The notes under the pieces are model-generated. The model was not told the DNA's origin. It worked only from the letters and a program-made list of their open reading frames with translations, and did not search any database. The position numbers were made by a program, and so were the translations under genes. Of a stretch of DNA of 64,000 nucleotides, positions 1-11,404 are shown in pieces; within the stretch, counting starts at the first letter, position 1, and the number at the start of each line of letters is the position of its first letter. This DNA comes from Candidatus Bathyarchaeota archaeon. Lineage in GTDB: Archaea; Thermoproteota; Bathyarchaeia; Bathyarchaeales; Bathycorpusculaceae. Location: contig CAVYXJ010000013.1 of assembly GCA_963772455.1 (NCBI GenBank), forward strand, positions 1 through 64,000, read 5' to 3'.

Positions 1-1
1 T

Positions 2-343
2 TCTGTTCGTAGGCTTGTTGAGGTTCCTGATTCGACTAATGTTTCTCTTTCTTTCTTTTTGTCTGAGGCTGGTGGGTTTGGGGCTGGTGATGGGTTGGCG
101 GTTGTGGTTTCCAGTGTTGATTGGTCGCAGCAAATATATTTTGCTACACCTTTGACAACAGGTATTGGTCCACTTATCAAGTTATCATCGTCAACCGGTT
201 TCTTTAATTTCACCTTAACCAATGCGTGGTTTAGGCAATTTGATCAGCCTCTTCCAAACAGTTTTTACTTAGATATTTTAAATATTGATAGGGATGGAAT
301 TCAAAACATTGGATACGTTGATAAGATCTTTGTTAAATATTAG
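2..343 (+). CDS. 3' end of a hypothetical (probably secreted/surface) protein, truncated by the window edge
   Basis: The frame is open from position 2 to TAG at 341-343. The product is beta-rich and no family was recognised. Confidence 0.5.
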   Translation, partial: SVRRLVEVPDSTNVSLSFFLSEAGGFGAGDGLAVVVSSVDWSQQIYFATPLTTGIGPLIKLSSSTGFFNFTLTNAWFRQFDQPLPNSFYLDILNIDRDGIQNIGYVDKIFVKY

Positions 344-375
344 AGAATTATTTTTTTCTTTAAGAGAAACTGCCT

Positions 376-1284
376 ATGAATAATGATAAGATCTTTAACT
401 TAAAGTTACTTTTAGTTATTAACAGATTCCTTAAGCATTTTTTTACAAATGGTCGTATATCTGGTTGGTCTCCGTATCAAGAACTATCACTTAAAAGTGA
501 AGCAGAGGGAAGGGCCATAAGACGTCAATGGCTTATAGAACAAGGCAGACGAAGCTATAATTTTATGTTAAAACAATCGCTTTCAATAAAAGGATTAAGT
601 GTACTTGATGTTGGCTGCGGTGATGGTTATAAAACATGGTATTATGCCATGCAAGAACCAACCCAATTGGTTGGGGCGGATATTGACCTATACAGAATAA
701 AATTAGGTCACAATTTTAAACTTGACAGAACTATCTTAGGACCGGAATTTGCAGGCGCAAGTTTATCTTCATTACCTTTTCAAAAAGAGATTTTCGATAT
801 TTGCCTCATGGACGATGTCATGGAGCATACTCAAGATCCTGACAAAAGTTTGAAAGAAGTTAGACGAGTTGTTAAAAACTATGGTTTAGTTTACATTACG
901 TTTACATCATTTAACGCGGCTCAGGGGGGACACATGTCGGACTGGATCCAAATTCCTTGGGTGCACTTCTTTTTTTCAGAGAAAGTTTTGTCAAGAGCGC
1001 TACTTAGAATATATAACGCTAACCCAAATCCCTATATTCTTCGTCAATTCCGCGGATTAAGAGAGCAAACTCCTGGCTTCGTTTTTGCAGATCTAAACAA
1101 AATGACTGCCAGAAAATTTTGTAAAATAGCTAAAACTCAAGGCTTTGAAGTCGAGTATCTTGCTTTTAGCTCTTTTTTAGAAAATCCACTTCTGAATTTC
1201 ATATTAAATAGAATTTTACATTATGCAATTTCGGACTATTTTTCGAGGCGGGTAATTTGTATTCTGAGAAAGATTCCGAGTTGA
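376..1284 (+). CDS. Class I SAM-dependent methyltransferase
   Basis: Motif I VLDVGCGDG, LPF..FD motif, DVMEH, and GGH..IPWVH typical of glycan-cluster methyltransferases. Confidence 0.85.
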   Translation: MNNDKIFNLKLLLVINRFLKHFFTNGRISGWSPYQELSLKSEAEGRAIRRQWLIEQGRRSYNFMLKQSLSIKGLSVLDVGCGDGYKTWYYAMQEPTQLVGADIDLYRIKLGHNFKLDRTILGPEFAGASLSSLPFQKEIFDICLMDDVMEHTQDPDKSLKEVRRVVKNYGLVYITFTSFNAAQGGHMSDWIQIPWVHFFFSEKVLSRALLRIYNANPNPYILRQFRGLREQTPGFVFADLNKMTARKFCKIAKTQGFEVEYLAFSSFLENPLLNFILNRILHYAISDYFSRRVICILRKIPS

Positions 1285-1379
1285 TAGTAATTTAGCTATT
1301 ACATTAAAAAACCAAAATGCACATTAACCAAACGACGTTAAATTATAATCTTAAAGTTTGAAGATGGAGAATAAACATT

Positions 1380-2123
1380 TTGAGTGAATGGCGATCTTTT
1401 TATGAGAGGGAAGGGTCTGCCATAAATAGGTATGCAGCTGAGGGACCATGGACCAGAAATTATCATTTAAAAAGAATGAAACTTGTAACAGATTTGCTTA
1501 AATCCAATTTAATCAATTGTAATTCCTTTTCAGATATTGGTTGTGGAACTGGTGAATACATAGGTGTAGCTGGAAAGCAGGTAGTTGAAAACGTTGGAAT
1601 GGACATTTCATCTACTTGCCTCCAAAGAGCTAAGATATTCAAGAGCAAACATTCTCATTTAGTATTGTCATCATTAGGTAACGATTATCTCCCATTCCAA
1701 GATTCATCCTTTGACTTTGTCCTTTGTTCGGAAGTCCTCGAACATCTTGAGGTTATGGATAAAGCGATAAACGAATTATTTCGAATTTCAAGAAAAATAA
1801 TCTTAATTACTCTTCCAGTAAGAGGTATTCTTAGAAAATCTTTTGGTTCATTTCCTAAAATTGAAAAGAAACTAAATTCAGTTGACCAGAAAGTTGGGCA
1901 CATTAACATTTTAGAATTAAACAATTTATGTAACAAGATCAATCGGAAGAATTGGGATATTAATCCGATAACATCATGGAATTATTGCGAGCCCATGGAA
2001 AGCCTAAAACTACCTCTTCTTTTCTCCTCAGTAATTAATTCAGTTCAGAGTTTATTCGATTCGATTTTCCCCTATGGTGGGAATGCTGCAATAATTTTTT
2101 GCGAAAGGAAGAACAATGATTAA
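1380..2123 (+). CDS. Class I SAM-dependent methyltransferase (Methyltransf_11-like)
   Basis: DIGCGTG, GMDIS and LPFQDSSFDFVLCSEVLEHL motifs. Confidence 0.85.
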   Translation: MSEWRSFYEREGSAINRYAAEGPWTRNYHLKRMKLVTDLLKSNLINCNSFSDIGCGTGEYIGVAGKQVVENVGMDISSTCLQRAKIFKSKHSHLVLSSLGNDYLPFQDSSFDFVLCSEVLEHLEVMDKAINELFRISRKIILITLPVRGILRKSFGSFPKIEKKLNSVDQKVGHINILELNNLCNKINRKNWDINPITSWNYCEPMESLKLPLLFSSVINSVQSLFDSIFPYGGNAAIIFCERKNND

Positions 2124-3381
2124 AAATTTAATGGATACCGCTAATTTTCAATTATATCCAGAGAATAAATGTAAAGAGAGAATCTCTCCGTCAATACTGT
2201 CCTTCATCAACGTTCAAGATGTGGAAAATGTCATTAAAAAGACATTAAAGGCTTGTTCATTGCCCGAAAAACATGATTCTTGTATTCTATTAAAGCCAAA
2301 TTGTAACAACGAAATGAATGCTATGATGGGTGGAACAACAGACCTAAGAATAATTAATTCGGTTCTAAAATACCTCAAAAACTACAAATACAATAATATT
2401 ATCATAGGCGATGGTCCCAACTGTGGTTGTTTTCATGATGGGATAGATGTATTCAAACGTCTCAAAATAGATCTAATAGCCAAAAAGTATAATGTTAAAT
2501 TAGTGAACTTTAATCAAGAAGAAAAAGTAGAAATTGAACTTGACGGAAGAAAAGCAGAAATTGCGAAGATTTGCTTAGAACGAGACTTTATGATAAATAT
2601 TCCAAAAATTAAAACCCACAGTGAATTTGTTTTTACATGCTGCACAAAAAATCTGATGGGCTGTCTTTCAGGTTTTGACAAAAGAAAAGCACATTATAGC
2701 ATGGTAACAAATCTTCTAAAGCTCAATGAAGTTATTCACCCAGATTACCATATTGTTGATGGATTGATAGCTATGGAAGACAAAGGGCCCAACGCTGGTA
2801 CTCCGAAAAAGTTAGGTATGATTGTTGCTGGAAAAAATCCATTCCAACTTGATGCGTATTGTTGTCAAATCATTAATCAGGACTGGAGACAAGTTCCCTA
2901 CTTAGTACAAGCTGCAAAAAAAGGGTTATTTTCGAAATCTCAAAATATAACTGTTCCAAAAGACGTGATAATACAAGATTTCAAAATAGCTCCAATGAGT
3001 GCAACTAATGCTTTTGTCAATATTCTATATGGTAACACATTTGTTATGGCAAGGTATAGTAAAATGTTGGATCCCTTCTTTTCAATGAATTTTACAAATG
3101 ACTTACTTTTTAAATTAGGTATCAAACAAGAAAGATATCTTAAAAACGATGACCGAATAGAATCTTTTAAAATAAATCAAAAAAAATGTACCCACTGTAA
3201 GAAATGTTCCGAGTATTGTCCCTTAGGTCTTGATGTGGAAAAAATATCTGAGATAAGTGACTGCATCAAATGTGCTTATTGTTATATTGTTTGTCCCAAC
3301 AAGGCAATTTCAATTGAAGGCTCTCAAGGTTTTTTAAAACCATATCTCAAAAAAATTAGCAAATTCCGAGGTTGCTATTAG
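2116..3381 (+). CDS. DUF362 family protein with C-terminal 2x[4Fe-4S] ferredoxin domain
   Basis: LLKPN, INIPKIKTH, KNLMG and IVDGLIAME..GP..G motifs. C-terminal CTHCKKCSEYCP and CIKCAYCYIVCP. Confidence 0.85.
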   Translation: MIKNLMDTANFQLYPENKCKERISPSILSFINVQDVENVIKKTLKACSLPEKHDSCILLKPNCNNEMNAMMGGTTDLRIINSVLKYLKNYKYNNIIIGDGPNCGCFHDGIDVFKRLKIDLIAKKYNVKLVNFNQEEKVEIELDGRKAEIAKICLERDFMINIPKIKTHSEFVFTCCTKNLMGCLSGFDKRKAHYSMVTNLLKLNEVIHPDYHIVDGLIAMEDKGPNAGTPKKLGMIVAGKNPFQLDAYCCQIINQDWRQVPYLVQAAKKGLFSKSQNITVPKDVIIQDFKIAPMSATNAFVNILYGNTFVMARYSKMLDPFFSMNFTNDLLFKLGIKQERYLKNDDRIESFKINQKKCTHCKKCSEYCPLGLDVEKISEISDCIKCAYCYIVCPNKAISIEGSQGFLKPYLKKISKFRGCY

Positions 3382-3707
3382 ATTAAATCGCGATTTTGAT
3401 ATCCTTCCCACAGTCATTTTCTGTTTGGCTTCGATAAAGAATCACTCTAAACATTCAATATGACCGTCCTTGTGTCTATTTTTTTACGTTGACTCTGGGT
3501 CGACGATTTAATTGCAACTTTTTGGCAACGCTTTTCTGATTGTGCTTCAAATTATCTCAAGCTTAATTGTAAACAGACAAAGTAAACCAATCATGATAGA
3601 TATTTGTGCAAAAAGAACAGTGTTTTTTCTGGTTTAACTCTTCCAAACATGGATTTTTACGTACCCTTGAAAATTACCTCAAAGAATTTTGCTGAATCAT
3701 AAGCTAA

Positions 3708-4758
3708 TTAACGCTCCCACAATAGCTTATCAAGATTCGATTTGAAGAGATCTATGTTCCGGTTGGCAATGTACCACTTCAATGGTTTTCTTAAATCCTT
3801 CTTTGTAACCAACTTTGGGCAAAAATCTCAAGACTTGTTCGGCTTTAGTTAGGTCTGCAGCTCTAGATGCAACACCTTGTGGTTTGCTTTGGTCATATTG
3901 CGTTTTTTTAGGTCTCCATCCTACAATGTCAAAGATCATTTCAGCAACCTGATTTATTGTTATTCGATCGTTTCTTCCAGCATTTACCGGTGACCCGTCT
4001 TCAATTTTTTCTGACGCCAACACAAATGCATCAACTATATCTTGAACATAAGTAAAGTTACGATCTTGCTCTCCTGTACCCCAAATGATGTATGGATCTA
4101 ATTTAGCTAAAGCTTTAGCTATTAAAGCAATTATAGCATGTGTTTCATTCTCCCTGGGTCCATAAGCAGTGAATATTCTGACAGCTGAAGTTTTCACTCC
4201 ATACTCCTTGTAGTAGGCTTTTAGTGCCATTTCACCCATTAACTTAGACCATCCATATTCCAAGTCAGCAAATGCTTTGTCGCGTACAAATGGATCGGCA
4301 TCTTCTTCTTTTAGAAGATAATTTGATCCAGTTTTGTCTTGGAGATAAGAAGGATAAACACAAGCAGAACTGGCAAAACATACTTTTTTAACTCCTGCTT
4401 TGCAAGCCTCTTCAAACACTAGTTGATCCAATATCATATTGGAACAACACTCAGCTGGATGGGAGTCGATGTAACCTCTTCCGCCATGAAGAGCTGCAAG
4501 ATGAAAAACTAAATCAATTCCATCTATCATTCGTCTTGTAAAATTCCGATCCTTAAGATCTCCTTTATTAACAGTTAAGTTTTTATGAGTCCATCTGTTA
4601 GCCTCTTTTTTCACAAAAGGATATTCTAAATTAGAGAGTTTTCCACTCGAGAAGTCATCTGCTACTTTTACCTGCGCGCCATTTCTAATAAGTGTATCAA
4701 CCAAATGACTTCCGATGAAAGAAGCTCCTCCAGTAACGAGTATTGATTTTTCTTTCAT
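3708..4758 (-). CDS. NAD-dependent nucleotide-sugar epimerase/dehydratase (extended SDR; GDP-mannose 3,5-epimerase-like); probable 1-nt frameshift near 3780
   Basis: VTGGASFIGS, ASSACVY and YGWSK motifs. Removing one base after KKTIE restores the C-terminus WYIANRNIDLFKSNLDKLLWER* ending at 3708. Confidence 0.85.
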
Positions 4759-5391
4759 TTAATATCATTCCTCTTTTGTGGTTATCAGGATAAAACTTTA
4801 AAGCAGTTTTTTCAAAAAGGTCTGCTAACTTTAGCAAATGGCAAATGAAATATAAAGTTTTCACTAAACACAATATGTTCATAAAATACGATGCACTAAT
4901 TCCCCCCCAAACTTACTTCTTTCTGATTGAGAGCAATACCCGCGCTTTTTGCAAAAATTTTGAAATTCATCTTGTAGATGAGATGGCACCAGTTAACTAC
5001 CACTGGTTCTGTAGATATTCATTCTCAAAACCCTTTAGCTTGGGGGAAATGTGAGATAAAAAGGCAGTAATTTCGAATATTTCTGTCAAATCTGATGAAG
5101 CCCATTTAAAAACTTACAGTTTATGACTTTTTTAACGTTACAATTGTAGAAGAAGCAATTACATAGCGAAGTGCATTTAAATATACAACCAGTAGCAATT
5201 CATAATAAAATTGTGGCAAGTTTTTAAATTTTGCAGAAAAAAATGTCTATAAAATAATGTGCTTTTTTTTTCACTTCTTTCTTTTGAGTGAGAGACGATC
5301 TAACTATATTTTTTTGGTCAAACTTAAAAAAAAATAATATATTGAATATATTTTGTCATAATATTTTTTTAACAATTCAAAAAAAGAAAAG

Positions 5392-6168
5392 TTATGCTGG
5401 GTAGAATACTCCAGTCATGTAGATGTAGTATAGGTTTGCTGGATGCATTGCAGTTAATAGGTTTGCGTTGGCGTAGAATGTGTAGGTGTTGCCTTCTGTT
5501 ACGGGAACTACTGTTTGTAGTGTCATGGGCCAGTAAGTGGTAGCGTCTGCCTCGCCGTTGGTTCCTGCAAATGTGCTTAGGAGATTGGGGTAAGCATTAA
5601 TGGTTGTTCCAAAGCCTAGAGTTGCAATTGTCTGGTCTCCTTCAGTGGCTGCCATGGCGTTGATATTGAGCATTACATAGCCGTTTGAAGGTGCTGTTAA
5701 GGTGATGTTTGAAACTGTTTTGTATTCTGTGGATAAACTAATTGAACTGTGTGCGTAAGTGTCATTGTAATTGATTACTACTCCTGTTCCAGCTGGTCCT
5801 GTTGGTCCAGTCGCACCAGTGGCGCCTGCTGGTCCTGTTACTCCTGTGTCTCCTTTTATTCCTTGTGCTCCAGTTTCGCCTGTTAGTCCAGATGGTCCTG
5901 TTTGTCCCATTGGTCCTGTTGCTCCGGTTGCGCCTGTGGCGCCCGTAGCTCCTGTTGTTCCAGTTTCTCCCTGTGCTCCAGTTGGTCCTGTGTCTCCTGT
6001 AAGACCTTGCGGACCTGTTAGTCCTGTGTCACCTTTTGGTCCAACTTCGCCCTGCGGTCCAACAACAGTCTGGGTTAAAACTCCAGATGATACAGCGGCT
6101 AAAGTTCCGCTGACAATTAATAAAGAAATAATCAATATAGTCTGGGATAAAGTAATTTTTTTCATCAT
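5392..6168 (-). CDS. Secreted/membrane-anchored collagen-like protein with C-terminal beta domain
   Basis: N-terminal hydrophobic signal, about 30 uninterrupted Gly-X-Y triplets (Thr-rich at Y), then a ~130-aa beta-rich domain. Confidence 0.85.
   Translation of the reverse strand: MMKKITLSQTILIISLLIVSGTLAAVSSGVLTQTVVGPQGEVGPKGDTGLTGPQGLTGDTGPTGAQGETGTTGATGATGATGATGPMGQTGPSGLTGETGAQGIKGDTGVTGPAGATGATGPTGPAGTGVVINYNDTYAHSSISLSTEYKTVSNITLTAPSNGYVMLNINAMAATEGDQTIATLGFGTTINAYPNLLSTFAGTNGEADATTYWPMTLQTVVPVTEGNTYTFYANANLLTAMHPANLYYIYMTGVFYPA
5791..6060 (-). repeat. Gly-X-Y (collagen) 9-bp-period coding repeat
   Basis: [12 protein letters not shown] ... GAT GAT GAT GAT ... GPT GPA read directly from the translation. 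Confidence 0.9.
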
Positions 6169-6399
6169 ACTTTTATTCTCCTTGATCTTTAATTTAATTC
6201 AAGTTGCTACCTCATTTTGATAGTTAATATTAAATAGATTTATGAATCCACAATTCAGGCCCAACAAAAATACTGCTTTCTTTTTTCAAAACATAAACTT
6301 TAGTTTTTAGATTAATTTAGAAGAGTGTATTGTTGGTCAGTAATGTTTTTATCAGGAAAGTGTCGAGTATATTTACTGTTAATATTCAATAAATAAATA

Positions 6400-8376
6400 G
6401 TGAACACATTGACCGAACAATACAACCAAGGAGTCATCATCGATACAGCAATAATAATTGACGCCTCCCTCAAAAAACCAATCGACAAAGAACAATTACT
6501 AAAACTCCTACAATCCCACGGCGTCAAAGCAGACGCAATTAATAACCACAAAACCGCTGTCCAAGACGTTATTCCTTCTCTGAGAAGAGCCAAAATAAAC
6601 ATCCCTGAAGCCTTCTTCAAAGACCTTGCCTCAAAATTAGAGCTAAACTTTCTAAATTATACTCAAATAAAAAGAATATACCAAGATGAACAAAAAAGTA
6701 GACTCATTACCGTATTACCCTATCCCATTATAATGAAATACAAAATCATCCCGTTAGAAGTAAAAGGATCAAGCATAGATCTTGCTGTCGACAATCCTTT
6801 AGATGGCAAAGTCTTGGCTACCGTTCAATACTTGTTTGCTGCTTGGAAAATTAATCTATGTGTTGTTTCCACAAGAACAATCGAGTGGGCAATCGACAAC
6901 ATTTACCGTGAAATTCACAAAGACAATGCAATGCTTGATCTCCACAATCGTACCCCTGACCAATCTGCCTACAAAGTTCTCTATCCAAAACAAAAATACT
7001 TTTTAATAGCATTAATTGCAGCCGTCGGCGTTGGCGCTATTATAAGTTCAGCATTAACGTTTATGGTTTTATTCGCAATCATAAGCGTTGGATACTTCAT
7101 CGTTAACCCCATTAAAATCTACGTTTCGTTGCGAGGTTTTCGAGGAGCAAGAAAACCTGCGAAAATAACCAAAGAAGAAATGCAGAAGGTTAAAGACGAT
7201 GACCTTCCAGTATACACTGTTTTAATTCCAGTATTCCATGAATCAAAAATCCTCTCTCAAAACCTAAAAAACATGTATCACTTAAACTATCCCAAAGATA
7301 AGCTTGACATCAAAATCCTTATGGAAGAAAACGACAAAGAAACAATCCACGAAGCCAAGCTTTTGGGGTTATTTGGATCACCCAAAAAAATGGTTGAGGG
7401 AATTCCGCCCGAAGAATATTGCGAGTTCATGAAGTTATTTGATCCAATAATTATTCCTTCTGCAAAAGTAACAACTAAACCAAGAGCCTGCAACTATGGG
7501 CTGCTAAGGGCAAAAGGTGAACTCTGCGTTATTTATGATGCTGAAGACAAACCTGACCCTGATCAGCTGAAAAAAGCCGCCATGATATTTTTGCGGTTGG
7601 GTCCAGAAGTGGTGTGTCTTCAGTCTAAACTTAACTTTTACAATGCTGAAGAAAACATCTTGACAAAGTGGTTTTCAATTGAGTACGCTAACTGGTATGA
7701 GTTTTACCTCCAAGGTTTAGACTGGATTGAAGCACCAATACCTTTGGGCGGTACCAGCAATCATTTCCGGAAAAAAGGTCTTGATGAACTTGGCAGATGG
7801 GATCCATATAATGTTACTGAAGATGCTGATTTAGGTTTGAGACTGGCGCGTCAAAAACAGAAAACTGAACTTATAGACTCTTATACCTATGAAGAAGCCA
7901 CTCTTTCTGTCCAGGCATGGATTCGTCAAAGGTCACGTTGGTACAAGGGACATCTTCAAACTTACCTTGTTCACATGAGGCAACCCAGAAAACTCTACCA
8001 GGATTTGGGGGCAGAAAAATTCGTAAAGTTCCAACTTACATTTGGCACTGGAGTTTTTATTCCAATCATAAACCCTGTGCTTTGGGCTCTTTTGGCGGCA
8101 ACTCTTTTGATGCCTTTATCGTTTGGGTGGCTAATTCCAAGTTACCTGCAACCCATAAGCATCTTCAACCTAGTAATAGGCAATATATCTTACCTGGCAA
8201 TCTACGTTGTGGCTTGCGTTAAACTGAAAAAAACCCGTCTAGCACCTTATGCTTTACTTATGCCAATGTACTGGGTGCTCCACAGCATAGCAAGTTGGAG
8301 AGGTCTAATCCAACTAATAACAAACCCACACTACTGGGACAAAACCAGTCACGGCGTATCAAAAGCGCCAAAATAA
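6400..8376 (+). CDS. Membrane-bound processive GT2 glycosyltransferase with N-terminal GspE/PilB-N (MshEN-like) domain
   Basis: [33 protein letters not shown] (QxxRW) and YWDKTSHG motifs. TM helices flank the catalytic domain. The N-terminal '[22 protein letters not shown]' resembles the GspE N-domain. Confidence 0.85.
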   Translation: MNTLTEQYNQGVIIDTAIIIDASLKKPIDKEQLLKLLQSHGVKADAINNHKTAVQDVIPSLRRAKINIPEAFFKDLASKLELNFLNYTQIKRIYQDEQKSRLITVLPYPIIMKYKIIPLEVKGSSIDLAVDNPLDGKVLATVQYLFAAWKINLCVVSTRTIEWAIDNIYREIHKDNAMLDLHNRTPDQSAYKVLYPKQKYFLIALIAAVGVGAIISSALTFMVLFAIISVGYFIVNPIKIYVSLRGFRGARKPAKITKEEMQKVKDDDLPVYTVLIPVFHESKILSQNLKNMYHLNYPKDKLDIKILMEENDKETIHEAKLLGLFGSPKKMVEGIPPEEYCEFMKLFDPIIIPSAKVTTKPRACNYGLLRAKGELCVIYDAEDKPDPDQLKKAAMIFLRLGPEVVCLQSKLNFYNAEENILTKWFSIEYANWYEFYLQGLDWIEAPIPLGGTSNHFRKKGLDELGRWDPYNVTEDADLGLRLARQKQKTELIDSYTYEEATLSVQAWIRQRSRWYKGHLQTYLVHMRQPRKLYQDLGAEKFVKFQLTFGTGVFIPIINPVLWALLAATLLMPLSFGWLIPSYLQPISIFNLVIGNISYLAIYVVACVKLKKTRLAPYALLMPMYWVLHSIASWRGLIQLITNPHYWDKTSHGVSKAPK

Positions 8377-8462
8377 ATTAATTTTTTTTGAAAACGTACA
8401 CCCACCCCTTTCAATCGTAGGATACATCTTCATTTTTCTCTTTGCCATCTTATTATTTCGAT

Positions 8463-8692
8463 ATGGAACTAGTGACAAAAAAATAGTTAGAAATTCAGGT
8501 ATTGTCGCCTGGGTATTTACTTTTCTTGGTCTAGTAACTGGGATGATTTGGGCACAGATTGTTTGGGGCAGTTACTGGTCTTGGGATCCCAAAGAAACTT
8601 GGACTCTTGCATTATTTGTGGTTTTGTCCTTAGCGGAAAGAGAAATATGGCGTCGAAGTTTACAACTTAATTCATGGTCTATCTTGTACTAA
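8463..8692 (+). pseudogene. Fragment of cytochrome c biogenesis heme-handling protein (CcsA/CcmC-type WWD domain); not in ORF track
   Basis: After a 1-nt shift in the A-run at ~8477-8483 the frame reads [47 protein letters not shown]..., which contains the WGxxWxWDPKET motif. Confidence 0.65.
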
Positions 8693-8926
8693 GTTGGATA
8701 AACAGCAAGGATATTTTTTACTTACGTTAATGGATGAACTTTTGAAAGCTAAATGATTTGATAAATCTTCATGTACTCTAAAATAGTTTAGCTAAGTTTT
8801 CATTGATGATAAGTCTTAAATCTGCATAGCCTAGAAAATAGCCATAACATGGCAAAAAGAGTTACAGCTATCATCTTTTTACCGCGTCCAAAAACTAATT
8901 AACAAATAACAACTATAGCTCAGAAT

Positions 8927-9547
8927 ATGGGTCATCAAAGCAATAGATCTCTAAAATTAATTCGTCTTTCAGGAATATCAGGCATCATCAGCTCCACTCT
9001 ACCACTCATCATGATTCTTGCATCAACTGTGCTTGAAAAATCTTTTAGCTGGAATAAAAATGCCTTAAGCGACATAGGTGTAAGCCAACTAGCATGGCTA
9101 TTCAATAGTGCTCTTGTTGTTGGCGGTCTGCTTAATCTCTTGTTCGCAATAGGCTTATGGAGCTACATTGGCAAAACCATTGGGTTGAAGATAGGAGTCT
9201 TATTAATCATAATAAGCAGTATTTCTCTAGCTTTGGTTGGTGTATTCACAGAAAACTATTCTAGTATTCACGTATTGGTTGCGTTGGGATATCTGCTCCT
9301 GACTCCACTGGGGTTAATCTGTATAGGTTGGGGAGAAAAGAGTCATCAAATTGGAAAAGTAAGCCTTGGGTTGGGAATTATTGCTTTGTTGGCTATTTTT
9401 GGTTTACCCATAATAACTTTTGTCGCTAACTTGCAGATTGGTTTTGCAGTACCAGAATTCTTAGAGTCTTTAGTGTTATCTATTTGGACATTCTGGGTCT
9501 CGCTAAAGCTTACTCGCCATAAAGTGAACAATGCCTCAAACAAGTGA
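8927..9547 (+). CDS. DUF998 family membrane protein
   Basis: FSWNKNALSDIG, FNSALVVGG, LVGVFTE..H and AVPE motifs. About 6 TM helices. Confidence 0.75.
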   Translation: MGHQSNRSLKLIRLSGISGIISSTLPLIMILASTVLEKSFSWNKNALSDIGVSQLAWLFNSALVVGGLLNLLFAIGLWSYIGKTIGLKIGVLLIIISSISLALVGVFTENYSSIHVLVALGYLLLTPLGLICIGWGEKSHQIGKVSLGLGIIALLAIFGLPIITFVANLQIGFAVPEFLESLVLSIWTFWVSLKLTRHKVNNASNK

Positions 9548-9873
9548 TAAAGATGAATGGACTGTGTTCAAGAAGTAACTGAACATATGCAAGTAAGTTT
9601 CGAGTACATAACTGACATGAAAGATAATATCCTAATTGTTAAAATCTTCAGGAAACGCAAATAAGTTTGGAAGATATCCTACAGGATTGGACGATGAGAA
9701 AATCGAGGTACGATGAAGCTAAAGGTGGGGAAAATAAACGCCGGAGGCTTGTGAATACTTTTTCCGCTATTGAGTCCATATCTAAACTTTAAGTTTTTGG
9801 TGTTCCAGTTCTGGAACGTTTTGTTCCTTGAATAGAACTAAATCACCGTTAGTCTAAAGATTCAAACGGTGTA

Positions 9874-10901
9874 ATGATGGGAAAATGGCTTGAAAAATAT
9901 GCAGGGTCACTAAGATTTTGGATTTTAGTATTAGTATCCGTTTACCTTGGATACGCATTATACTTTGCTGTTTACGGATTACAGTTCAGTTTACAACTAA
10001 CTTCTGACCAATACGTCTACGGTTTAGTCACTAAAAATCCTTGGTGGTGGATACTGCTCTATTATGGCAGTGAAGGCGTAGCTGGTTCAGTCGCAATTGT
10101 GCTTCGCGCAGTAGGCAGCATCTTTGCGTTTTACGCGGCTTTCTTGTGGTGGAGAAAAAAAGACGCTGCGCTCCCAACCATTCGAAAAAACGCCTGCAGA
10201 GCCATGCTTTTCGAAGCAGGATTCTTCCTGGCACTTATTCCCTCGATAATCGCTGCTTTCGCCTACAACATGACAAGCGAATACCTATTCTACTTTGACC
10301 ATACTCCCGAACAGATTTTGCTATTCGGAACAGCAATTCCTTGTTTGGTCATCGTTCTGGCAGTTCCACCCCTGTTACTCAAGTTAAGAGCAAAAATCAA
10401 AACATGAAGAGCCTACACAAGAAATCATCAAATGGAGCGCCCTAACCGGCATCGCCTATCTATTCGTGGTTTTCTGGTTCAACTACACAATGCTTTGGGC
10501 AGCAACAATGGTACCATACCCACGCGCCTACGAAGTCTACGGCTTAGAATTCCTGTTGCAACCAACAAACTTCCTAAGCTTTGCCATCACAGTTTTCGGT
10601 CTTCTCGCATTAGCACTAGCTGCATTGGTGGCGAGCTCTTCCCGCAATCAAAAAACAACCACAAAAAATCAACTTGACCAATGTAGGCATAATAATGGTG
10701 GCTTTTGGTAGCTACTTCCTCTTCAACACACTCTACTACTACCTCACAGGAGGCTACGAAGCACACCCAAGCGTCTGGTACGAAGTAATAGGACCACTTC
10801 ACAATCCAAACCTATGGGGACTAGCATTCATCTTCGTTGGATTGCCACTGATAGTTCAAAACAAACTTAAACAAAGAAACATAAAAGATCAAATCCAATA
10901 A
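9874..10901 (+). CDS. Multi-pass membrane protein, split into three track ORFs by probable sequencing frameshifts (~10404, ~10640)
   Basis: ORFs 9874-10407, 10466-10711 and 10674-10901 are successive hydrophobic segments in shifted frames. Confidence 0.55.
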
Positions 10902-11404
10902 CATCAAAGTCTTTTTCCTCAAAAAAATACAAAGCACAAAGTCTACATCGTCGTTCTAAAAAAGAATAAAAATAAGAAAAGCACACAACAAAAAAACTTC
11001 ACCCCCAATTAAAAACCAAACCTACACAAAAGCAACAACAAAAGAGCAAATTCAAGTCAGTTTGAAAGACAGTAGATGAAACACCGCCTTTTAACGCCTT
11101 TCTAAGACTTCCTGCGACTTTTACAGACGCAACCTGCAGACATCACAAACCCTAAAACAAAAAAGCAACCCAAAAATAAGCCCCCGCCAAAAAAATGCAA
11201 ATACAACTCTTCTTCTTCTCACAAAAAGAAAAAAAACAGAATTATCCGCCTTTCCAACTAGAGAAGGCGCTTACAGCAAAATAGTCATTAATTATATTTG
11301 CTTCTCAAAAAACTCCGAACAAACAATCATAATAAAAATAAAAATTGAGAAAAAATAAACTATGTTTTGGGCAAAAGAAAGAGATAGGGATATTGGAATT
11401 TGTT

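Noticed and set aside
4845-5054. 69-aa ORF upstream of the epimerase
   Set aside because: No motif or SD, and it overlaps the likely promoter region. Probably spurious.
5771-6220. Pro/Val-rich 149-aa ORF on the + strand
   Set aside because: It is the antisense shadow of the collagen Gly-X-Y repeat.
9802-9817. GTTCCAG...GGAAC as an ORB box
   Set aside because: The spacing differs from the ORB consensus, there is no G-string or initiator gene, and it occurs as a single copy. It is kept only as a possible operator.
10902-11404. A-rich 500-bp intergenic region as replication origin or ncRNA
   Set aside because: No ORB repeats with G-strings and no cdc6/orc1 nearby. Only a small hairpin (CGCCTT/AAGGCG, ~11246-11269) was found.
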